Assembly (NCBI RefSeq): GCF_009914755.1
Contig: NC_060926.1
Source: the human T2T-CHM13v2.0 reference genome, Homo sapiens
Reading direction: 5' to 3' (one strand)
Length of the DNA: 64,000 nucleotides
Position numbers and translations under genes: made by a program. Each line of letters opens with the position of its first letter. The first letter of the stretch is position 1. The notes under the pieces were generated by a model, which had not been told where the DNA came from, ran no database searches, and saw only the letters and a list, made by a program, of their open reading frames with translations. Positions 43,833 to 54,501 of the stretch are shown here, piece after piece.

Positions 43833-45060
43833 TCAAGACAGCTGTAAAGAAAATCCCACAACATGGAAATGAAGACCCATCTCACATTTATCATGGCCCA
43901 CAGCTGGCAACTAGGAAGCTTAAGATAAGCTTTGTGACATATTTTAATAAATCTTCACAAATAAACCATCTCAACTCAACCCATGCTATCTTTTCCTCTC
44001 CTTTGTTTTTTCCACATAGGAGTTTTTCTACCTCTGTATGTTTTCAAAATAAAGAGCTCTTTTCTCAGTCATCATCAACGGTTACTATTAAGAATTGCAG
44101 ATGGAATACAATCTGTTTAGCTTAACTGAAGGCTGGCCCTTGTTCATAAGAGTTCAGACACTGTTTTATTTACCTTCATAAACATTGTAACTTGCCCACA
44201 AAGAAAAGTACACATACTCACAGTGGTCTTTCTGAAGAGCTTTCTCTTTCATGATCTAGAAGGGAAATTTCATGTCGGGGTATAAAAGAGAGGAAAATAT
44301 TTGGCAAAAGTTTGAAAACCTGATAATAGTTTCAAAGATTTAGGAGATAAGATTAGGAAGCTTGCTGAACATTTGAAGAATAAAGCAGTGCATTAATTAA
44401 GGAAATTTTATTTGATTTAGGAAAGATTTCTTCGTTAAACATGTTGATGCAATTGCAGTTCCCAAAGTAGTTATGCTATTAAATGAAATATTTTGTCTTT
44501 TCCATAGTATCTTTGCATATACTTTGCCCATTTATCATTATTATGGCAGGCAGCCTCTAAAATAACCCCAGGAATCCCTACTTCTTTGGTATTTCCCAGG
44601 TGACCTCCTCCTCTTGAGTAACTTGTTCCTAAACAATAGAATACAGCAATGTTGCACAGATATCACTTCTGTAATTAGGTTATACAAGACTGTGACTTGC
44701 CTCTGGCTTACAGACTTTCTCTGTAGCTGGCTTTGATGAAGTGGCCAGCCATGTTAGAGAAGCCCACATTGCAAGGAATTGAGGGTGGCCACTGGCCAAC
44801 AGCCACGTAGGAACTGAGGCACTTATGTTCAAGCAACTGAATCTTGCCAACAATCACATAAATGAGCTTGGAAGTAAATCCTTCCCCAGTTGAGCTTTCA
44901 AGTGAGACCCCAGCACAAAGAGACCCTTTGATTGCAACCTTGCAAAAGACCATGAAGCAGAGAATCCAGCTAAACCATGCCCAGATTCTTGACCCAAAGA
45001 ACCTGTAAGGCAATAAATATATGTTGTTTTAAGTCATTAAGTTTTAAAATAATTTATTCA

Positions 45061-45924
45061 TCATGAGCCTCAGAACATGCTACCCCAAAATGTGGCACCT
45101 TGGCATATTGAGTATTTTAAGCAGGAGGAATTTGAGACAACAGCAGAAATAAGAAGGTCTCTCTGATCTCTCACTTCTCCCCTGACACAGGCCATACAAG
45201 AATTTTCTGACCTTTTTCTAAAGTAGTTCATAAGACCCTCATTCCAGAGAGGTCCTCCCTATACCTAAAGGAAAGGAATGAAGACACAGAGGTGCCGAGA
45301 AGAATCTCAATAAACAGGTCATGCTAAGTTCCCTGTCCCTCAAGTTTATTACCATTCAGTCTCACACTTTTGCCCTCCAGTCATACAACTCTCCGTAAAA
45401 ATACACAGATTTCCCTGTTTCTTTGGGTCTACATTTCTAAAGTCGCTTGTATCATATAAAACTTATGTAATTAAGCCTGTATGCTTTTCTCTTTTTTTCA
45501 GGTTTCTGTAAACCATTTATTTTATTTTTACCATGCAACAACGTCAACATTTGTCATATTACTAATCACTTTCACAATGGCTTTCTGAGTTTAACGAGCA
45601 ATCTGAATTAGGTCTTGTGTTACCAGTTGAAGATAGTGTTCTTGTATTCCATAAATGGATACCTTTCCTAGGGTCAAAATTATTAATGTCTGGAGAATTC
45701 AACTGAAAGATCAGGACATCCATCATACTTTCAGCCTTGATTTCAGCATGCATATGTGACTTGGTCTGTTTCTTCTGACTAAAGCCACGTTCTGCTTCAG
45801 CTGAACTTGCAGGGAGGGTCAGCACTAGGTTGTACGCCTTTCTCTTATTAATCTGTTTTTTGTTATAGGGGTGTCAGCCATAAACTTTGCAATGGGTGAG
45901 AAAAGAAACCTCTTCTCTCCTACA
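45061..45924 (+). mobile_element. MER34/MER39-family ERV1 solo LTR nested in MLT1
   Basis: catgctaccccaaaatgtggcaccttggcatattgagtattttaagc...tgcttttctctt [insert] ttaatctgttttttgttatagg...cctaca. Confidence 0.85.
45494..45830 (-). pseudogene. 5'-truncated processed retrocopy encoding a hAT transposase C-terminal dimerisation region
   Basis: Open frame LVLTLPASSAEAERGFSQ...FDPRKGIHLW...ESD* (45828-45562); two overlapping AATAAA (plus-strand tttatt 45516-45526) about 17-22 nt from a short A tail; 16-bp TSD 45478-45493 / 45831-45846 (14/16 identical). Confidence 0.85.
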
Positions 45925-46055
45925 TTACACAACAATAGATAACTAATACAAGCACTCATTTCTCTTTTTGGAAATATCCATGGTACCCACTATTTGCTGT
46001 AAACATAAGTTACTACATACTTGTGAAATGACTTAGCATTTTATTTCTAAGGGGA

Positions 46056-46141
46056 GGAATTTAGCAAGGCCTGTTTGTTCAGATTCTTCTTGGTGCCTCC
46101 GTGTCTTCATTCCTCTCCTTTAGGTATAGGGAGAAACTCTC
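46056..46141 (-). repeat. Inverted copy of MER34/39 LTR segment 45247-45332
   Basis: 74/86 identical, ungapped, as reverse complement. Confidence 0.85.
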
Positions 46142-46195
46142 AGTGTCTGGGAATTCTGGTTCAGAGAGTAGGTAGGGTACTTGTATTCATAATTA

Positions 46196-46275
46196 TTAAT
46201 TTGGTGCAAAAGTAATTGCGGTTTTTGCCATTGAAAGTAAGGGCAAAAATCGCAATTACTTTTGCACCAAGCTAA
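46196..46275. mobile_element. MADE1 (Hsmar1-derived 80-bp mariner MITE)
   Basis: ttggtgcaaaagtaattgcggtttttgcc...ggcaaaaatcgcaattacttttgcaccaa; TA on both sides (46194-95, 46276-77). Confidence 0.97.
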
Positions 46276-47112
46276 TACCACCTATTTTGGCTTTAATTAT
46301 CATGGCCTTGTCCACATTTAAAATGAAACTATCTGAGGGAAGTAACTCAGATACAAGGTTATCAATTTACCTCTTTATCTGAGTATATGAGTCAGTTGTT
46401 TCATTTTAGACTCCTCTGAAACCAGGTTTTTATAAGAAAGGACCGGGTCCCTCATGGGGTAGAAAAGCTGCAAGGTTATAAGCTCAGAAAACAATTTCAA
46501 AATCATATCATGTGCTTGCACTACCTGCTTCAATAGCAAGAGAAATGATACTCAGGAGATACACAAAAACTCATATTCCCCCTTTTTGTGTTCTTTGCCG
46601 TAACTTTTTACTATGCTTCTCATACATAACTAAATTGGATTGACAGACATAATGGAATCGGGCTGATAAACAAATTTTCTTTGGTTCCATAAATGAAAGA
46701 TGCAAACAGTTCTATTGATGGATGAAATGTAATAATGGGGTTCATTTTTCTGCAGAACTTCTCATCTGGGACTTTTCCACCACCACCAGCAGCAGCCCAG
46801 AGTGAGTCTGGAAATGCTTGTTTGTGTGTTTGTTTTTGACAATGACTGGGCCATGATGGTTTTTATCTCAGACACCTTATTACTCTTCTGTGCTCTAGGC
46901 TTTGTCAGCACACTTCAGTCAACAGATACATAAAACCAACGTGGAATCTTGGGAGGAAAATACAAAGTCTTGATCCCTTTCTTCCCAGAAGGACTCCAGC
47001 CTCCTTAAAGTGTCTACCCCTGCCCCAGCAAATTTCAAGTCACATTTATCAATTGTTTCTCAAAAAAAACAAAAAGAGGAAGTTTAAGCTCCTCCTCACT
47101 GAATACCCTAGA

Positions 47113-47615
47113 ACAGCTGTCCTCAACTTTTTGGTACCAGGGACCAGTTTCATGGAAGACTATTTTTCCACAGATGGTGGAGGGGACATTTTGGGTATGA
47201 TTCAAGCGCATTACATTTATTGTGCACTTTATTTCTATTACCATTACATTGTAATATATAATGAAATAATTATACAACTCACCATAATGTAGAATCAGTG
47301 GGAGCCCTGAGCTTGTTTTCCTGCAACTAGATGGTCCCATCTGGGGGCAATGGGAGACAGTGACAGATCATCAGGCATTAGATTATCATAAGGAGTTCAT
47401 AACCTAGATCCCTCACATGCACAGTTCACAATAGGGTTCATGTTCCCATGAGAATCTAATTGCCCCCACTGATCTGACAGGAGGCAGAGCTGAGGCAGGA
47501 ATGTGAGTGATGGGGAGCGGCTGTAAATACAGATGAAGCTTCGCTCACTCACCCACTGCTCACTTCCTGCTGTGCAGCCCAGTTCCTAACAGGCCACGGA
47601 CCAGAACCTGTCCAC
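47113..47615 (+). mobile_element. MER1A hAT-Charlie element
   Basis: aactttttggtaccagggaccagtttcatggaagac...cagtgggagccctgagcttgttttcctgcaactagatgg...ttcctaacaggccacggacc. Confidence 0.93.
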
Positions 47616-47801
47616 AGTAATCACGGTAGGTAAGGCTTACTTACTATATTTTAATGTACCTAGCATTCAGCTAAGCACTTTAAGTGTTTCATCTATTATA
47701 ATACGCATCCCAATTCTATGTGGGGGATACTATTAGGATTCTCATTTTACAAACAAACAAAACCGCAAGCTTAGATAGGATAAACAATGTGTGAAGCAGA
47801 G

Positions 47802-48212
47802 TGTCACAAGTTTTGTTTCCCAAGAAGCAGACTGCAGTGATTAGCATGAAGGAGGTTATCAGGGAGTAGAGTATTCTTAGGCTCCATCCCTGAGGAAGAC
47901 AGATGGGGAAGAAAGAAAAGATGAGCTGGGTGGAGCCTCAGCAAAGCCTTCTGCCAACCCCATGGGCAGCTCTGTGGCTGGGATGGCCCCTGCAGAATCA
48001 CTTGAGTTTGGGCCAGGAAGCGTTGCGACTGGTAGTTGGATAGAGGCTACCCCAGGAAGGCTAAATGGCCTTGAGCAAGACTGATCTCTTCAGCTAAGGC
48101 AATTCCTGAAGGGGATTGGCAGCTGAGAGGTTTCTACCACTCCCAGCAGCTGAGAAAATATATCCTTCACTCCTGCAGTGGGACCTGGGCAGTGCATCTG
48201 GCAACCACCACA
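47802..48212 (-). mobile_element. LTR16A-like ERVL LTR
   Basis: gaagcagact...ccaaccccatgggcagctctg...ctcttcagctaaggcaattcctgaagggg...ccaccaca. Confidence 0.7.
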
Positions 48213-49914
48213 AGGAGCTAACTGAAGTTTAAGTCTGTTGCTCTAGGATGTTAAAGAATTGCTGTTAGGAAGAAAATTGTTATTTTTTGTTTAGAACAGC
48301 CTCTTTGGTTATGAAAAGGGAGGCCCCTCTAAACTTACATAAATGAAAAAGAACACAAAGAAAGCGCCAAATTGCCCCACATAACAGAAGCAGGGCTGTG
48401 GGACTGGCCCCTGGAAGCTTTGGAGGTTGTAAGGGCCCTGAAGACTCAAAGAAGAGGAGGAGAAAAGCCCCAGCAACAAGCAGCAGGTGACAGCTGGGGG
48501 CATGGATTGCCTGTGAAAGGCTCCCACGTGAGGCTGGCCATGAGTCATCAAATATTTAAATATAGGTTGTTCGCTATTCTAATATTCTGTTTGGTTGGTG
48601 ATCCCCCTCTGAAAACTTCAGTAAATGTCTGCCACACAGCACGTCTTTGTTAGTGAAGCTTTGGAGAACTATAGTAAAAGCTAGTCCCTGCCCACAGAGA
48701 AGCAGGGAAGCAAGCTGGATAGTTGAAAAATTCAAAAGGCAGGAAATTATGAACCTCCCTGAGAACCTTGGAAATACTGGAAAGGGCACTGAATCTTGTA
48801 CTGCATGTGGGATGGGGAGCTATTCAATGTATTTGGCTACTAAAGGAAAGGATTATACTCAGAAAACTGGAGGGCTTTGGAATATCCAGTTTATACTTTC
48901 GCAAAAGAAAATATGATCATCTTTGCTTGGGAAACTCAAGAAAGTGCTTCAGAGAGGAAAAAGACACTGAGCTGGGAATTGGAGGAGGGGTAGGAGATAT
49001 ATAGGTGTACAGAGATAGAGCAGGTGGAATAAAAATGCATCCCGGCCCAAGGGAATAGCATGTAAGGCCTAAGGAATAATAGAAACTGTGCCAAAAACTC
49101 CAGTGAATCTGGAGTATGGAACTTCAAAAAAAGAAAAGAGAGATGACTCAGGGCTTTATATGCCATGCTGCAGAGCTTGGCTTTCATTGTAGAAGCTCCT
49201 GCTTGTCAACGAGTTCACATCTACCCACTGCAGTAAATGTGGTAGGCCAGGACTTAAAGAAAAAAATGCAAATAAATGAGGCTCATCTTTTTGAAACATA
49301 AATTTTACATAAAGATTAGAAGAGAAGGACTTTTTTTTAAGATTAAAACAACATGGCAGTATTCTGCAGTAGAATACAAAATTTCCACAGTTTTTTAAAT
49401 AAAAAATAAGGTTTCAAATAGATTTCCTGATTGATTTGGTCAGTTTTTGCCATATTCTCTGCCCTCTCATATGAAAATAACTTTGATGAAACTCTTTTTT
49501 TTCCTTCTTTTTTTTTTTTTTTTACAGGAGTCAGGAGAGGTGCGGGGGGGTGGGAATTTCTTATGAAACTCTTACGTAGGGTGCTGAGAAGTGTTAAGCA
49601 GAAGAGTAAAATTATCATCAATTATATTTAGCTTTGTGTTGTTTCTATTTCATGTGTTTCAATTTTATGTCCTCCCTTCCCCAAATTTTGTTGTAGTTTA
49701 CAACATGGCAAGGGGATAGAGAGAAAGAGACTATGACAAGAACAAGATGGAAACGGTGCACACATGCCGCAGGCTGGCTGTGCAGGATGGACCTCGTGGG
49801 ACATCTATCCCTTGGTGATATTTTCATTGGATTTGTCATTGGTTTGCTTAGTCCCTAACTTTGCCACCTGATTATCTGGGTTTGTTTTTTTTTTTAATAA
49901 CAGCTTTATTGAGA

Positions 49915-50030
49915 TAGGGGGCTTAATACCTAGGTGATGGGTTACAGGTGCAGCAGACCACCATGGCACACGTTTACCTATGTAACAAACCTGCACATCC
50001 TGCACATGTATCCCACAACTTAAAATTAAC
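49915..50030 (+). mobile_element. L1PA extreme 3' end
   Basis: ggcttaatacctaggtgatggg...caccatggcacacgtttacctatgtaacaaacctgcacatcctgcacatgtatccc. Confidence 0.9.
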
Positions 50031-50049
50031 TATATTAAATTACATTTTT

Positions 50050-50185
50050 AAAAAAATGAAGTCCTGATACATGCTACATCATGGATGGATCTTGAAAAAC
50101 ATGCTCAATGAAAGAAGCCAGCCATGAAAGGCCCTATACTGTATGATGTCATTTGTATGTAGGTCCAGAATAGGCAAATCTACGA
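50050..50185 (+). mobile_element. L1MB-like 3' fragment
   Basis: aatgaagtcctgatacatgctaca...gaaagaagccag...gtccagaataggcaaatc. Confidence 0.75.
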
Positions 50186-50291
50186 TCTGAGTTTTATCAG
50201 GCTGCCAGTTCATCCATGATTGAGCAAATCCCAGAGAACTGAGTCACACTCATTAAACCAGAAGATTTTTTTCACAAAACTATTGACAACA

Positions 50292-50672
50292 TGTATTAGT
50301 CTGCTTGATGAGTTGTCATAATAAAATACCATAGACTGGGTGGCTTAAACAATAGAAATTTTTATTTTCTCACAGCTCTGGAGGCTGGAAGTCCAAGATC
50401 AACGTTTCAGCAGGGTTGGGTTCTATGAGGACTGTCTTGCTGGCTTGCAGGTGGCCACCTTCTCATTGTGTTCCCACATGGCCTTTCTTTGCTGCCTGCA
50501 CTTGGAGAGGGAGAGCTCTCTCTTCCTCCTCCTAAGAAACCACTCACAAGGGCCCCACCCTCATGACCTAATCTAACCCTAATTATTTCCCAAAGTCCTC
50601 TCTCCAAATACCATCACACCGGGGGTTAAGGCTTCAACAGGGTGGGGGACACAATGTACAGTCTATAACGCA
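50292..50672 (-). mobile_element. MLT1A0-like MaLR LTR
   Basis: tgtattagtctgc...aaaataccatagactgggtggcttaaacaa...ctggaggctggaagtccaagatcaa...gggccccaccctcatgacc. Confidence 0.88.
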
Positions 50673-53600
50673 ATATATCCAACATCAAAAAGGAATGTAT
50701 TCTCCTAGCAGAAGAAAGATGAATAACACATTTTCTACCTGAATTGCCTATGTTTAAAAATTCTAATCTGTGTAATATTTTGGAGAAGACTTGCCATTGC
50801 CATTTGGTTCAAATTCAAATGGACTCTGGATGGGATCAACTGCAACCTTGCAATGGGGGGTGATTAATGGAAGTAAGGGACGGGTAGACAGCAACCACTT
50901 ATTCAGAGAAAGGTTTGGAAAAGCATCAGGATTCCTCCTCCTTCTTCTGCAGTTCTAGCTCAGAAATCCCTACAAAGGCTTTGTTGCTGGCTCTGGACGT
51001 CGATCTATGTCTACCTACAAACACAAGTGGACCAGGCTAGTTCAGAGCTTCAGACACCTGGGACACGGGGATGACCTTTAGCCACAGGGTTGAAAGCACT
51101 GTGGGCATTATAAATTGGGGCATTGAATTTGAAAGAGAATAAAAGAGCCTATACAATCTTTCAATCCATTCATATGTCCTTACATCCTGAAATATTCTCC
51201 TTATGGAAATTTAAAGAATCAGAATATGTTCTAAGGAAGGCATGGGAGGGGTCACTAATTTTGGCAGATCCTGACACACTGTGGTTCCCCTGTCCTTGAG
51301 AAGAGAAATTTGCATTCACACTTCTGTGTGGTGACCACAATCACAGCCAAGGGAACTAGATGGTCTGTGACAAACATCCCTCAGGCTGCTGCATTTGGGG
51401 AGATGACATATGCTTCACTAAGAGGCTGACCTCTCTAGGTGTACTAAAGGCAAGGAGGCCTCAGCCAGATAAACACTAGCACTACCCACTTTTTTTGGCC
51501 TTCTTTTTCTAAACAGCATAGAGACTAATCCCTCCTCTTATAAAACTACTTCAGGGAAAGTAAAACAAATTAGAGCACATATTCTTTCATATTAACTGCA
51601 TTTTAAAGTCTGCAGTGAGATTTGGGGAATTCCATAGCCCAGTGAACCATAAGGATGCCATTTTCTGCCCTTTCCTTCAAATTCTGGAATGTCTGGCTCC
51701 TTATGGAGTGACTAGAGTTTGTGAACACAGTGAAAGCCAAGCTTTTGACGAATGTTGTTTTACAAAATAGGTGAAAGTACACAAAACATAATAGTTTATC
51801 AATAATTAAATACCTGATGATGAATTGATACTTGACTGGTGATATGACAAATGGAATTCGTCTTTTAGATAAAAGAAGCTCATAATAAAATCCTTCAATA
51901 ATTAAAGCCCCTTGGCTAAGGCCCAAGACCCTCCTGACACTGAGCAGAGCAAACAGCTTTTACTGAGGTCCCAGAATGCTTACTCTGAGATATCTTTGTC
52001 CTTCTAAACAATTAGCAGCTCTGTGGAAGGGCAATGGAATAACTGTCTGGGTGCCCCTTGACATTGAGAGATCTAAAGGAATTTCTTTTTCTTTCCTCTA
52101 AAATCTACTGTGATCAAAGAAGACTTAAGGGTGTCAAGAAGAAAAACAAGCTAACGCAATTTGTATTGAATTTTGAAAAATCTTTCCCTGTAGCCATGGG
52201 TAACTGGATAAGAAAACACTAAACAAGTCCCTTTGGGGATATTACATGATGGTATTCAATTTTGTATCTTGCCTCCTGTATTGCGGATTTCTTCAAGATA
52301 CGAACAGGCTCTGAGAGACAGACTTATATAAATAGAAGCATTACTCAGTGATGACATTACCATTGGCTATAAGGCAAAATTACTTCTAAATAGATCATGA
52401 CATTAAAAAAAAGATTTCTGGTTTCAGTGCTAGAAGAAAGCAGCCTAAGCATTTTAAAGGCTGCTCATAAAGCTCCAAAAAGTCACATATGAAATTATTT
52501 CAGATACAGAAGGAAATTGTAATGACGAACACATTCAATTTACCTTTGACAGAACCACCAAATTCCTCCCTACACTCCCCACCCTCAATCCCCTACCCAG
52601 ACATCAGGGCAACATAAGGAATCATATTAGAAAGGGTAGTTTTGATTTATTGCTACAAGAGATGTGGAAGAGAAACTTTACGTGATTAGTTAAAAATTTC
52701 CCCCACTGGGAGCAAGGCTCCAATGTAACTCTAAAATCAGAACTCCCTCTGTTAGCAGGCTATGTACTTAATTAAGGTCTGAACTGTCAATGTTCAATAT
52801 GCTAATTATGTGCTTAAGAACACTGATTATAATTTTTAATCTAGCACTCTGCTGGATATGGTACCTTCTGGATATATAATTACATAACCAAGGAATCTTA
52901 AAATACTCTCAGGTTGCCTTTTCCCAGTCAAGTCATATCATTCATGTAGTTAACATAATTTTTGGCTGTATAACCACAAAAACATACTGGGATTCTTCCT
53001 CCATCTATGCCAGAAATTTTCAGACACGTCCCTAATTCTTCATCTGAAATAGTCATCTTTTTTTCTTTCATCTAAGGAATTCTTCTTTACCATAGGCAGA
53101 ATAATGTCCCCAGACACCTCAGTGCTGTAAAACGAGTTCCTCCCCTAGTGTGGATAGAAGGGAGGAAGACTGGCTCAGAGAGACCAGAGTGTCTTATCTC
53201 CAGTCTAGACTATGACTCCTGGAAATTCCAGGATGCCAGTATTCACAGTCCCTGGGATTTAAAAACAAGCATAAATGTACAAATGATACTCAACAGGTTC
53301 TGCATTTCCTCCCTGGAAATGTATATTTCAGACAAGTCAAGATTCTTTTATTCATATTAACCATTTCATGTCACGTCTTTTATGGGGGGCCATCAATATT
53401 GCTTTTCTCTGGAACATACCCCAACTCAGATCCATGGTATTGTACGTCTAGAAAGACGGGCAGAGTGTGGAGTAAACTGAAGTCATCATGATCTCTGTAA
53501 CACCCTGAGGCTTCTATTCCCCCATGGACATTCCATGAAGGGAAGAAACATTCTTCTAACTCAAAAAACCACCAAAGGAGAGCCGGGAGGACGTCATACC

Positions 53601-53779
53601 TCGGCTGGTGGGTGCAGCGGGAGCCACACGACTCACCTCAGGCCTCTTCCCTGATGGACATGATGGTAGCCAATCTCCAGGACAGTCCCAGTTGAAGCTC
53701 CAGAGGGAAAGGGGATCAATCAGCCACCAGCTGCCTCCCTGGCCACAATAGCAAAAGGGAGCAAGGACTCAAATGGACC

Positions 53780-54501
53780 TGTAAAAGGAAAATAGATCTC
53801 ACAACCCTAAAATCACCAAGCCAAAGGGAAAAGTTAAGCTGAGAACTGCTAGTCAGGCAAAGCCTGCCTCCCATTTTATTCCTAAATAAGAAAGCCACAA
53901 AGATTTAAAAAGCTACACACCTCCCTCATATTTGTCTACAAGGAAATTCCTTGTGGGCCTCGAGATCTTTAGCCTAAAACGGTTCTGTTGAATTTCACCT
54001 TGGCAATGTAAATTGATAGCTTATCTTCACAGGTGCCAAAGGACAGATAGAGCTCAAAGTCTTCCCTCTGCTCACCTGAGACAGATGTAATTTGGATTCT
54101 TTCCTCTGCCCTACTGTTTCTGTAAAAATGCAGATTCACTAAGCCAGACTAAGGCATAAGTGACTATTCCTCTACCTCCCTCTCACGTGTAAATTGTGTA
54201 TTCAGTGAGAGGCTAATCAGAGAATGCAACTGTTTGTCTCTTAACTATCTATGACCTGAAAGCCCCCACACCCCCACCCTTCAAATTGTCCCGTCTTTCC
54301 AGACCATACCAATGTACATCTTACACATATTGACTGATGTCTCTTGTCTCCATAAAATGTATAAAACCAAGCTGTGCCCCAACTACCTTGGGCACATGTT
54401 GTCAAGAGTTCCTGAGGCTGTGTCATGGGCCTGTCCTTAACTTTGGTAAAATAAACTTTCTAAATGGACTGATACCTGTCTCAGATACTTTTGGGTTCAC
54501 A
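53780..54501 (+). mobile_element. MER4-group ERV1 solo LTR
   Basis: tgtaaaaggaaaata...ctaccttgggcacatgttgtcaag...aataaactttctaaa...ggttcaca; perfect 4-bp TSD gacc (53776-79, 54502-05). Confidence 0.92.

Larger units (their letters stand above)
44542..45950 (+). mobile_element. MLT1E/F-like MaLR LTR interrupted near its 3' end
   Basis: ggcaggcagcctctaaa...tgttgttttaagtcattaagtttt [insert] ttacacaacaatagataactaataca. Confidence 0.85.

Noticed and set aside
49495-49546. Strong plus-strand polypyrimidine/AG acceptor followed by a 13-nt segment and gtgcgg
   Set aside because: The T-run explains the acceptor-like appearance; the donor is weak and there is no supporting exon chain
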